A DNA stretch of 64,000 nt, taken from NCBI GenBank assembly GCA_029561455.1, contig JAKQIY010000076.1, positions 81,838 through 145,837 of the forward strand, given 5' to 3'. Both the position numbers and the translations under genes were made by a program. The notes below the pieces were generated by a model. That model saw only the letters and a program-made list of their open reading frames with translations. It had not been told where the DNA came from and made no database searches. This DNA comes from a bacterium. Its GTDB lineage: Bacteria; Zhuqueibacterota; Zhuqueibacteria; Residuimicrobiales; Krinioviventaceae. Below are positions 55,395-64,000 of this stretch, piece by piece (the stretch's first letter is position 1; each line of letters opens with the position of its first letter).

Positions 55395-57623
55395 TTAATC
55401 CTTTACACAACGTATTGAAAAACCATTTAACTTGTAGTAATTGGCCCGATTTGTAGACGTGCTATTATAGGATAAAAGACGACCCTTGGCATAATACTTA
55501 TTGCTCCCGGTAACAGACCAAAAGTAAGCATAATTTCCCAAATTATTGAAACCACCAGGTCCATAACGATAACCGGCCGGTAATGCTGTAAAACCACTTT
55601 CATTATCAGCGCCGGTATTAGGACTCGTCCAATGTAACGTACCGGTTTCCTTTAACAACCCGCCGGCAACACTATTTCCGCCCAGGAAATCTACCAGGGT
55701 TTGCCATTCCGCATCTGTTGGTATATGCCAGCCTTCCGGGGCAAGATTGCGTTTGTCAACCACAGCATACCAGTTGTATAATTCACCAAAAGTATATGAA
55801 AGGCTAATGTCATTGTTGTAACTACAATACGCACCGGTACTGAGATTCGACCATTCCTTGTTATTTGTCACATTAGGAATTGGATCACCATTGCGGTAAT
55901 GGGTTACCCTTAAATTTTCCGCCATCCAAACCTGGTCGCCAATTTTAATAATCTTGTATTTATTTCCATCGATATCGGTTATGGTTTCAGAAGTATCCAC
56001 AAGAACAGAAAAACTCCAGGCTTCCGACCAGTCGCTTGAACCCGCAATATTGGAGGCATTGACATGCCAGTAATAGGTTACACCTGCAATGAGATTGACA
56101 AGCTGGTACTGGGTGGCAAAAATGCTGGTTTCATCCAACACCAGAGAGGTAAAATCAGAATCACTGGCAACCTGTATACCATAGTAATCGGTATTTTCTA
56201 CATTATTCCAGGACAGTAATGGATTTATATTAAAATCTATTGTTCCATCTTTAGGCAGCGCCAGTGTTGGCACAGAGGGTTTTACTGGTGGTTCTGTATA
56301 TTCCCGAACACATCGAACGGAAAAACCATTAAGTTTATAGTTATTGTTTCGATTTATCATCGTATTATTAAAGTATAATAGGCGACCTTTGGCGTAATAC
56401 TTGTTACTCCCAGTAATAGACCAAAAGTAAGCGTAATTTCCCATATTGTAGAAATTACCCGGGCCATAACGATAACCGCCCGGCAGCGCTGCAAAACCAC
56501 TGGTATTGGTAGCGCCTGAGTTAGGACTAGTCCAATGTTCCGTACCGGTTTCCTTTAACTTGCCACCGGCCACATCTTTTCCTCCCAGGAAATCGACCAG
56601 GGTTTGCCATTCCGCGTCCGTAGGTATATGCCAGCCGGCCGGGGCAAGATTGCGCTTGTCTGCCACAGCATACCAGTTATAAAGCGCACCAAAAGTTTGA
56701 GCGTAACTATTATCATTATTATAAAAGCTATATGCACCACTGGTAAGATTCGACCATTCCGTTTTATTTGTTACATTAGGAATTGGATCACCATTGCTGT
56801 AATGGGTTACTTTTAAATTTTCTACCATCCATTCCTGGTTGCCAATTCGTACTGTCTTGTATATGTTGCCGTCAATGTCGGTCATACTACCGGCAACGCG
56901 GATAATGGTTACATCCTGTTTCATATTTGCAGCTAGTAATACATTTTCCAGTTCTGTGCTTAAACAATCCACTCCGCTCACTCGCAACCGGTACAAGCTG
57001 GCAGTTGCTTTGCCCAAACCGGTTGGCCCGCCGGGCGCTGCTCCCGCAGCAGATGTTCCGGTTGACCCGGTTAAACCCAAATGCCCGTCGAGCAGCAACA
57101 TCTTGCGGCTCAATCTGATGCCATCAGCGGACAAGCAATAGATATATACACCGGCAGCCACTCCCTGGTTTTGCTCATTGGTCGCGTCCCAAACAACCCG
57201 GTTAAACAGGTTAGATTGAAAACCATCAAATAAAGTCCTGATCTTTTGCCCCAGCACATTATAGATTTCAATGCGGATATACGATGGACGTGGTAACTCG
57301 TAACTGATTACTGTAGAGGGATTAAATGGGTTGGGATAATTCTGAAGCAGATTAAAGGCGCCGGGTTGTTGTGTGGTAATATTACCAATGCCGGTTGCAG
57401 TGATTTGAATAGAATATTCACCCTGGGTATTTGTAACAGCGCTGAATACTAGTGTTGGATCTGTTTGATCTATCAACTCGACTACTGCGCCGGCAACAGG
57501 TTCGTTGCCAGTATCCCGAATTGTGCCGGTTACAATAGATTGCGAAAATAGATTTTGAGATAATAAAACCAGAGCGATGATAATGACATAAACACGTTTG
57601 CCGGTTAACATATACCCTCCCAC
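55395..57623 (-). CDS. Secreted FISUMP-family paralogue (742 aa): CarboxypepD_reg-like, N-proximal Por_Secre_tail-like domain, Fn3 and two FISUMP domains
   Basis: Same architecture as 51787..55002; LLQNYPNPFNPSTVISYELPRPSYIRIEIYNVLGQKIRTLFDG...GVAAGVYIYCLSADGIRLSRKMLLLDG; two GFSVRCV(K/R)(D/E)-terminated FISUMP repeats. Confidence 0.8.
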   Translation of the reverse strand: MGGYMLTGKRVYVIIIALVLLSQNLFSQSIVTGTIRDTGNEPVAGAVVELIDQTDPTLVFSAVTNTQGEYSIQITATGIGNITTQQPGAFNLLQNYPNPFNPSTVISYELPRPSYIRIEIYNVLGQKIRTLFDGFQSNLFNRVVWDATNEQNQGVAAGVYIYCLSADGIRLSRKMLLLDGHLGLTGSTGTSAAGAAPGGPTGLGKATASLYRLRVSGVDCLSTELENVLLAANMKQDVTIIRVAGSMTDIDGNIYKTVRIGNQEWMVENLKVTHYSNGDPIPNVTNKTEWSNLTSGAYSFYNNDNSYAQTFGALYNWYAVADKRNLAPAGWHIPTDAEWQTLVDFLGGKDVAGGKLKETGTEHWTSPNSGATNTSGFAALPGGYRYGPGNFYNMGNYAYFWSITGSNKYYAKGRLLYFNNTMINRNNNYKLNGFSVRCVREYTEPPVKPSVPTLALPKDGTIDFNINPLLSWNNVENTDYYGIQVASDSDFTSLVLDETSIFATQYQLVNLIAGVTYYWHVNASNIAGSSDWSEAWSFSVLVDTSETITDIDGNKYKIIKIGDQVWMAENLRVTHYRNGDPIPNVTNNKEWSNLSTGAYCSYNNDISLSYTFGELYNWYAVVDKRNLAPEGWHIPTDAEWQTLVDFLGGNSVAGGLLKETGTLHWTSPNTGADNESGFTALPAGYRYGPGGFNNLGNYAYFWSVTGSNKYYAKGRLLSYNSTSTNRANYYKLNGFSIRCVKD

Positions 57624-58229
57624 AAAAAATTATTTATTTTTAAAAAAAATGGATTGCCTGGTTAAGCTACGTCAAATTTAGCGAATAATAAAACAATATA
57701 GAAAAAATAATGATATATGCAAGAGAAAAATTGGGTGGAATATGGTTTTTTCCAGAAGAGATATAGAAAAACATAGGCAGAAGCGAGTTCTGCCCCTAAA
57801 TCATATCCCACCGTAATTGTAATCCCGTTTGTTCTTTATTAGCGTTCATTTGCGTGCATTCGTGGTTTAAATAACATGAAACGAAAGTTAATTGCGAAAG
57901 GACGCTAATAAACGCAAATGATAAATATAATATTGATCGCATCGGGATTCATATAGCAGGGCGGGAAACGGGTTTGGATGGGGCCACTGTCACATCATCA
58001 CAAAAAGATTGCCCTGAGTATTTGTGCCTCGCGTAAAATCAACAGGGATTTCAATTCTGGCTCATTTTTACAAACTGCAGGATAAATATCATACTCTATT
58101 GCCCGAACCGGACAGATGGCTGGCACGAATATTATTATATTATAAAATCAAATTGAGTGGTCGTTACCCCTTGTCCATAAATAATATATCGGAATTTGCA
58201 TAATAAAGCGGATTAATAGCACTGTTATA

Positions 58230-58445
58230 TTACACAAACTCAAACACCGGGGTTTTGATCGTTTTAACAGGTTTTAGTTGACTGTGAATAATATTATGAA
58301 TTTTTTCTACAGTGCCTGGTGAAAAATATTGCTCCCCGGTCTCCGGGTTCACGCGCGCCGGGACATTTTCAATGATATAAAATTTATCATCCATGAAAAT
58401 AGAGTAGGTCACTTTTTGTTCTACTAATTTCTCTTCCCGGAACAT
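58230..58445 (-). CDS. Small protein, putative partner (antitoxin-like) of the upstream DUF4258-like gene
   Basis: Abuts the stop of the upstream gene (1-nt gap if it starts at Met19, MFREEKLVEQ...); the longer ORF to 58499 would overlap by 53 nt; no recognisable domain. Confidence 0.35.
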   Translation of the reverse strand: MFREEKLVEQKVTYSIFMDDKFYIIENVPARVNPETGEQYFSPGTVEKIHNIIHSQLKPVKTIKTPVFEFV

Positions 58446-58446
58446 T

Positions 58447-58755
58447 TTATTTCTTCCTTTTCTTTTTATCATCACTCCATTCCTGAGCGGACGGCTCATA
58501 AATGGTTACAATTTTTATTATACTGCGACTCGGATAACTACAATGAATATGCAGCGCTCTGTTATTATTCGTATAGCCGAGAATCAGGCAGCTTGGGTCG
58601 TATTTGTCGTTTGGATAATCTTCTATTATTTCGCCATTCGATATAGCTTGACGAACTTCATCTACCTTAATATTACGTAAAACAGATTGATCCGTAGCAT
58701 GTTTGTAAAATTCAAATTCATCATTATTGATCTTATTTCTAATTGCAACAATCAT
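58447..58755 (-). CDS. DUF4258-family (RelE-fold toxin-like) small protein
   Basis: Start moved to ATG 58755 (AGGA 8 nt upstream): MIVAIRNKINNDEFEFYKHATDQ...NGEIIEDYPNDKYDPSCLILGYTNNNRALHIHCSY...IKIVTIYEPSAQEW matches the DUF4258 pattern (H...NGEIIE.YP.D...PS.LI.G.T...LH.V......I.I.T.YEP....W). Confidence 0.5.
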   Translation of the reverse strand: MIVAIRNKINNDEFEFYKHATDQSVLRNIKVDEVRQAISNGEIIEDYPNDKYDPSCLILGYTNNNRALHIHCSYPSRSIIKIVTIYEPSAQEWSDDKKKRKK

Positions 58756-58980
58756 AATATATCCTGAATTCCGAAATAAAATAAGTTGATTTATACAAAT
58801 TTGCAAGTAAAACTTGCTCGCGCCGGGTTTCACATGGAGGTGCGGGAAACGGGCCGGGGGTTTCCAATCCTGGATTGAAAGCATGATTGGCCGCAATGTC
58901 AATCCAGAGTGAACAATGGGTTTGAAACCCATTTCAAAATTACGCACCGGGTTATGAAACCCGGTTCGCTCCGGGGGCGC

Positions 58981-61900
58981 TCACACCCCGCTCGGCCACA
59001 GCGCCAGCTTGTCGCCGTCGAGTTCATAGCCTTTGGCGGTAAAAGCAGCCGCCAGGGCATGCTGGCTGGCCGGGGCGGCGTCGATACTCTCGATCTCCAG
59101 CTTTTTGCGGGGACGGTACATGTCCGGCAGGCGCAGCCAGATTTTCAGCGCTTCCGGCAGTACGGCATCGACATTCTGATTGTAATCCGCGCACAAGAAC
59201 AACCGCGCACCATAGTTTTCGCAATAGACGACCGGTCGGCCATTGTAAAACAACAGGTGATTGGACGCCGCCCGCGTAACGGCGATCCGCTCCCCCGCTT
59301 TATTGGCAATGCCCCAGTCGATAACTCCGCCGTACGGCAGCGCCGGGTCGATGGTCGCCAGCAGGCAGGAGGCGCCGGACTCGAACCCCGCGCCGGACTG
59401 GATTTTTTCCAGCAGCGTCACGGCATTGGGTAGCGCAAACTGCACACCGGACAAGCCCTGCACAAAATAGCCGCGCCTTATTTCGCCGCTCCACTCCATT
59501 TTACGCAGGGACTGGAATATCCTGGCCCAGGGCAGCAGTCCGCCTTCGAGCCGGTAAAATTCCTTGACCAAAATGCCGTAACGCTGCAACAGCAGTCTGG
59601 CCTGTTTATCGGCGCGGTCGTGGTCGTTCATTTCCTTACCATGCACGGCAAACGAGGTGGTCAAATACCAGCGGCCCTCGTGGCGTTGCTGCTTGTCGCG
59701 CAGTTCGCTGCGGGTGGGGCGTTGCCCCGCTCCTTTTCGCATGCCCGCGCTCCAGGCGGGACGGATTTGCTCATGCCAGTCCGGCACAGTTTCTTCTTCA
59801 CCTGCCTTTACGGTCATCCCAAGCAGGCGCAAAAAGGTATCGTAACGGTCGCAGCCGGCCAGACCGCTCAGGGCCAGGCGCCACAAGCCGGTTTCCGCCT
59901 GCAAAGCGGACAGTCCCGCGCCGTCGAGAATATCCTGGTAATGGCTGGCGCCATTGTCGCGTAAAAATTCGAGCACAGCGCGGGCGTCTTTATCCAGGTC
60001 ATCCACCCCGGCGAGCAGGCCGTCCTTGTCCGACAAAATATGCCCGTCGCCGCGCGCGGTAAAGTACAGACGGGTGCGACTCGCATCGCTGTCGCGTCCG
60101 GCGCGGACATTAATATCGCCGCTTTTGATATAGGCGTTCATGGCGTCGAGCAGTCCGGCCGCGCTTTGCTTGTCACCAAGAATGCGGCAGCGCAACAGTT
60201 CGCGCTCAAACACCCGCGGCGGCAAACCGAGGCCGCTGTACTGGCGCAGCAAATCCTGCACGGATTTTTGCGGTTGATTGATATGATGCCATGCAAACAA
60301 AAACTGCTGAAACGCCGGTCGCTCCGCCGGCCGGGCGGCTTCGCGGCGCAGCACAATCGCCTGGCGGTACAGTTGCGCAAAATTGGCCCGGTCGCAATAA
60401 AACTCGCCCTCCTCGCCTTCCACCAAAGAACCGCGTACAATTTCTTTGTCCGCCAGCAGTTTAACCAGCGCCGCTTCGGTTTCATCAACGGACAAGCCGG
60501 TACATGCCTGAATGAATGAAACCGTTACCGGGCCATGGGCGCGTAAAAAACGCTGCACAATGCGCAGGGAGTTATCCGGCTCGTGCAGGCTGCCAAACAT
60601 GGCGCTTTCCCCGGCGGCGATCCAGCCGCTCACTGCGCCCCGGTGAAGGACAATGCGCTTGTCCTTTTGTAGCATATCAAGCCACTGCTGCGGCTCCTGG
60701 CGGGAGCGTTCCTGCAACTGGACGTTATCTATCGGCCCCAGTTGTTCGATGACGGCGAACAGATCTTCTACATCCTTGGCGCGGGTTTCCGGCAGGGTGT
60801 GCTGCCAGCGCGCCTCCGCTTTTTCAATCACGGCGCGGGTAACGATGGCGGGGATGGTTTCTTTGAGCAGCACCTCGGCCAGCAATTCATTGCTCACCTC
60901 GGCGGCAAAGCCGATGGCGCGGGCCTTGTCATAATCGTACATATATTCCGCCAGCAGCCGGAACAGCAATCCCGACGCCATAGGCGAAGGCGTCGGCGTA
61001 TTCACATATTCTATCGTAATCTCGCCGTCCAGGATATGACGCAATACCAGGGCCAGGTTTTGCACATCGTACACCTCCTGCAGGCAATCGCGCACGGTTT
61101 CGATGACGATGGGGAATTCCGGTTCATTGCGGACGGCCTGCAGCAGGTCGGCGGCGCGCAGCCGTTGCAGCCACAACGGAATCCGTAAATTGGCGCGGGA
61201 ACGCGGCAGCAGCAGCGCGCGGGCGGCGTTATGCCGGAACCGTACGGCAAACAGGGGCGTCGATAACAATCGCTCTGCCAGTATCTTTTCCGCTTCTTCC
61301 GGCACCAGCGACAGCAGTTTATCTAGCGGCGGCGGTTCGGTAACATCCAGCAGCCGGAAGAGGATACCGTCCTCGTCGAAAGAGAACTGGGCCTGCACAT
61401 TATAGCGGTTTTCCAAAACCGCGCCCAGTACCACCGCCCAGGCGCCCAGCACCTTGCCGCCAAACGGCGCATGGATGACAAATTGCGGCTCACCCACCGA
61501 GTCCCGAAAAAATTCAACAATAATGCGGTTATGCACAGGAATATTGCCGGTGAGTTCCTGTTGCCGTTGCAAATAATCCATCAGGTTTTGCGCTGTGTCC
61601 GCGTCGGCATGGCAGGCGCGTGTCAGCCAATGGCCGGGATCGGGACGGCTGAGCAGGTCGGCGCGGAATTCGCCGGTTCTGATACTGGTGTAAAAATCGC
61701 GGTACAGGGGTTCGCTCTTCCAGAACGGTGGCCGGGCTTTGCCGGCGTTAAGCGGCGTAACCAGCAGCCGGTCGCGGGTAATGGCGTCGATGCGCCATTC
61801 GTTATTGCCGAGGAAAAATACATCGCCGACATTAGATTCAAAGACAAACTCTTCTTCCACCTCGCCAAGCCGGGCACCGGAATCCTGCAAATACACGCCA

Positions 61901-63489
61901 TAATAAGCGCGGTCGGCTATGGTGCCGCCGTTCATCACCGCCATCAAGCGGGAACCGCGACGGCTTATGAGCTTGTCGTTGACACGATCCCATGCCAGTC
62001 GCGGTTGCAGGGCGCGCATGGGGTTATCGGCAAACCGTCCCGCCAGCATATCGACAACCGAATTGAACACATTTTCGGAAAGATGGCGGTAACAATAACT
62101 CTGCGTATATAATTGAAATAATTCCAAACGCGACCAGTCGCGCATGGCCACTTCGGCGACGATCTGCTGCGCCAGCACATCCAGGCAGTTTTCCGGAATA
62201 TGGGTTTCTTCAATATCGCTGTCCAGCATAAAACGGGTAAAGGCAACGGCGTCGTCCATATCCGCCTGGTACAGGGGAATGATGCGGCCCTTGCTGGTGG
62301 CTTTGAGCAAGTGCCCGCTGCGGCCGACGCGCTGCAATGCGGAAGAGACGGTTTTGGGCGTTTCCACCTGCACCACCAGGTCGATGCTGCCGATGTCGAT
62401 GCCCAGTTCCAGCGAGGCGGTGGCGATCACCGCTGGGATGCGGCCATTTTTCAGGGTGTCTTCTATTTGGTAACGCACATCGCGGGAGATACTGCCGTGA
62501 TGCGCCAGGGCAATTTGGCTGCTATCGGGGTCGCCGATCCGTTCCCGGTGTAGTTCGTTAAGCTGCCGGGCGATCTTTTCCGTCTGCGCCCGCATATTGA
62601 CAAACACCAGCGTGGTTTTGTGCGCCATGATCAGATCATACAGCTTGTCGATCAGCGCCGGCCAGACGCTGGCATCCGGCAGATCGGTAAAGTCCGCCAC
62701 CGGGGAAATGACCTGCAAATCCAAATCCTTGCGCTGGCCGCAGTCCACAATGGTGACCGGCCGCGGCGCGGGACTGGTAACATTCGGCAGCCATTGCTGT
62801 CCCCCCAGAAAAGCGGCAATGCGTTCCAGGGGTCGCTGCGTAGCGGACAAGCCGATGCGCACCGGTTCCCGATCACACAACGACATCAAGCGTTCCAGCG
62901 ACAAGCTGAGGTGTACGCCGCGCTTGTTGTTGCAAACCGCATGAATTTCATCGACAATAATATAGCGCAGGTTGTGGAATATAGCCCGGCCTTTTTCCGA
63001 GGTCAGCAGCAGGTACAGCGATTCCGGCGTGGTGATGAGAATATGCGGCGGTTTTTTAACCATGGACTGCCGGACATTGGCGGGTGTATCGCCGGTGCGC
63101 ACTGCGGTGCGAATGAGCGGCGCCGCCAGGTTCATTTCCTGCGCAGTGCGGGCAATACCTTGCAGCGGCACCTGCAGGTTGACGTGAATATCGTTATTCA
63201 GCGCCTTGAGCGGCGAAATGTACAGGGTATGCACCCCGCCGGAATTTTTAGTATCCTTGCTGTATTGCAAAGAGCGAAACAGGTCGTCGATGCACCACAA
63301 GAACGCCGCCAGGGTTTTACCGGACCCGGTGGGCGCGAGAATGAGCGAATGTTTGCCTGAGGCAATCACCGGCCAGCCCTGCACCTGCGGGGGACTCGGC
63401 GCACCGAATTTATTGCTAAACCAGGTTGATACTACCGGGTGAAAATCCTGTAATATAGACAGGCCCGTTTTCTCTGTCCCCTCACTCAT
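58981..63489 (-). CDS. lhr: Lhr-family large ATP-dependent helicase (1502 aa)
   Basis: SF2 motifs LILAPTGSGKTLAAFL (Walker A) and IIVDEIHAV (DEIH); length and domain order of full-length Lhr (helicase core plus long C-terminal extension); markedly GC-rich. Confidence 0.9.
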   Translation of the reverse strand: MSEGTEKTGLSILQDFHPVVSTWFSNKFGAPSPPQVQGWPVIASGKHSLILAPTGSGKTLAAFLWCIDDLFRSLQYSKDTKNSGGVHTLYISPLKALNNDIHVNLQVPLQGIARTAQEMNLAAPLIRTAVRTGDTPANVRQSMVKKPPHILITTPESLYLLLTSEKGRAIFHNLRYIIVDEIHAVCNNKRGVHLSLSLERLMSLCDREPVRIGLSATQRPLERIAAFLGGQQWLPNVTSPAPRPVTIVDCGQRKDLDLQVISPVADFTDLPDASVWPALIDKLYDLIMAHKTTLVFVNMRAQTEKIARQLNELHRERIGDPDSSQIALAHHGSISRDVRYQIEDTLKNGRIPAVIATASLELGIDIGSIDLVVQVETPKTVSSALQRVGRSGHLLKATSKGRIIPLYQADMDDAVAFTRFMLDSDIEETHIPENCLDVLAQQIVAEVAMRDWSRLELFQLYTQSYCYRHLSENVFNSVVDMLAGRFADNPMRALQPRLAWDRVNDKLISRRGSRLMAVMNGGTIADRAYYGVYLQDSGARLGEVEEEFVFESNVGDVFFLGNNEWRIDAITRDRLLVTPLNAGKARPPFWKSEPLYRDFYTSIRTGEFRADLLSRPDPGHWLTRACHADADTAQNLMDYLQRQQELTGNIPVHNRIIVEFFRDSVGEPQFVIHAPFGGKVLGAWAVVLGAVLENRYNVQAQFSFDEDGILFRLLDVTEPPPLDKLLSLVPEEAEKILAERLLSTPLFAVRFRHNAARALLLPRSRANLRIPLWLQRLRAADLLQAVRNEPEFPIVIETVRDCLQEVYDVQNLALVLRHILDGEITIEYVNTPTPSPMASGLLFRLLAEYMYDYDKARAIGFAAEVSNELLAEVLLKETIPAIVTRAVIEKAEARWQHTLPETRAKDVEDLFAVIEQLGPIDNVQLQERSRQEPQQWLDMLQKDKRIVLHRGAVSGWIAAGESAMFGSLHEPDNSLRIVQRFLRAHGPVTVSFIQACTGLSVDETEAALVKLLADKEIVRGSLVEGEEGEFYCDRANFAQLYRQAIVLRREAARPAERPAFQQFLFAWHHINQPQKSVQDLLRQYSGLGLPPRVFERELLRCRILGDKQSAAGLLDAMNAYIKSGDINVRAGRDSDASRTRLYFTARGDGHILSDKDGLLAGVDDLDKDARAVLEFLRDNGASHYQDILDGAGLSALQAETGLWRLALSGLAGCDRYDTFLRLLGMTVKAGEEETVPDWHEQIRPAWSAGMRKGAGQRPTRSELRDKQQRHEGRWYLTTSFAVHGKEMNDHDRADKQARLLLQRYGILVKEFYRLEGGLLPWARIFQSLRKMEWSGEIRRGYFVQGLSGVQFALPNAVTLLEKIQSGAGFESGASCLLATIDPALPYGGVIDWGIANKAGERIAVTRAASNHLLFYNGRPVVYCENYGARLFLCADYNQNVDAVLPEALKIWLRLPDMYRPRKKLEIESIDAAPASQHALAAAFTAKGYELDGDKLALWPSGV

Positions 63490-64000
63490 CGGTTAAAGCT
63501 CTGACCGATAAATTTCAGGCCGTCGGTAATACCGGTGCGCCAATACAGCCAGTTATGCTCGCCGTCGCGCACGCGGAATTCGTGAGGGATGTTGCGGTCT
63601 TTGAGAACCAGGTGCAGGGCGCAGTTGCCTTTGATGAGGAAATCGTCATCGCCGCAATCCATGTAAATGCGCACTTTTTTCAGGGATTCTACCGGCAGGG
63701 ATTTCGCCAGGTCCAGGGAATGGCGTTCTTGCCAATGTTTGGTTAAACGTTCTTTTCCTTTTAAATTTTTACCGAGCAGATCGGTGAACATAAAATTGTA
63801 ATCATTATCATTCCAGGCAATCATTTCTTCATCCGTCCATATAGCGCTGCTGAATGCGGCGCAGGCAGCGAACATGTCCGGGTAGCGCAGGGCATATAAC
63901 AATGTGCCGAATCCGCCCATAGAAAGACCGGCCACGCCGCGGTATTCCTTGCCGCCGCGAATGCGGTATTCTTTTTCAATGTAGGGAATGAATTCCTTGA
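63486..64000 (-). CDS. Esterase-family alpha/beta hydrolase (putative esterase / S-formylglutathione-hydrolase-like), truncated at the window edge
   Basis: Reverse-strand frame stays open to the window end: ...KEFIPYIEKEYRIRGGKEYRGVAGLSMGGFGTLLYALRYPDMFAACAAFS... (GLSMGG nucleophile elbow); 4-nt overlap with the lhr start. Confidence 0.75.
   Translation of the reverse strand, partial: KEFIPYIEKEYRIRGGKEYRGVAGLSMGGFGTLLYALRYPDMFAACAAFSSAIWTDEEMIAWNDNDYNFMFTDLLGKNLKGKERLTKHWQERHSLDLAKSLPVESLKKVRIYMDCGDDDFLIKGNCALHLVLKDRNIPHEFRVRDGEHNWLYWRTGITDGLKFIGQSFNR

Noticed and set aside
51787-57623. Possible CRISPR-like or mobile-element origin of the large repeats
   Set aside because: The repeats are in-frame protein-domain duplications (Fn3 plus FISUMP) with a period of about 930 bp, not short spacer-interspersed repeats; no cas genes or transposase/integrase ORFs are present anywhere in the window.
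58111-58130. TGGCAC motif (ctggcacgaatattatt) as a sigma-54 promoter
   Set aside because: No TTGC -12 element at the required spacing; the plus-strand orientation points away from any nearby plus-strand gene.

Overview
This 64 kb window is from an AT-rich diderm bacterium (housekeeping genes about 35-40% GC by eye) with several GC-richer accessory blocks (50-65% GC). The Por_Secre_tail-type (T9SS-type) sorting domains and 'Fibrobacter succinogenes major paralogous' (FISUMP) domains point to a Fibrobacterota/FCB-like or related candidate lineage; this is a guess from domain content only. Almost all sequence is coding and no transposase or CRISPR array is visible. In order along the window: (1) an exopolysaccharide export block on the minus strand: epimerase (partial), Wzc-like tyrosine autokinase, Wza-like exporter and a STAS-domain protein. 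(2) glgA. (3) A CpoB-like TPR protein and an outer-membrane barrel. (4) lgt-rodA-mrdA(PBP2)-mreD-mreC-lpxH on the minus strand. (5) A solitary canonical BMC-H (PduA/EutM-like) shell gene. (6) A housekeeping plus-strand run: ispE, tRNA-Gln, prs, rplY, pth, rpsF, ssb, rpsR, rplI, a zinc-ribbon ORF, a YbbR-like protein and tsaD. (7) An 11 kb envelope cluster: a vWA membrane protein, an outer-membrane barrel with a coiled-coil tail, two TPR proteins (one 978 aa), TolQ/ExbB, two TolR/ExbD paralogues and an FHA-TM-TonB_C protein. This resembles the widespread Agl/Glt-core (TolQR motor + GltD/E/G-like) module of unknown function. (8) A minus-strand operon of a cytoplasmic trypsin-like protease, a GAF sensor kinase and a sigma-54 activator. 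(9) A GC-rich class II aldolase preceded by strong palindromes. (10) A Type I R-M operon, hsdM-hsdS-[TARG1/DarG-type macrodomain]-hsdR, with the macrodomain gene translationally coupled to hsdS. (11) A LacI regulator with a secreted esterase that carries a C-terminal T9SS sorting domain. (12) Two tandem FISUMP surface-protein paralogues that carry a Por_Secre_tail-like domain near their N-terminus and recent intragenic tandem duplications. They are flanked by conserved intergenic elements, including GCAGAT direct-repeat arrays and GC-rich REP-like hairpins. (13) A DUF4258-type toxin/antitoxin-like pair next to a GC-rich block that encodes a 1502 aa Lhr helicase and a partial esterase.
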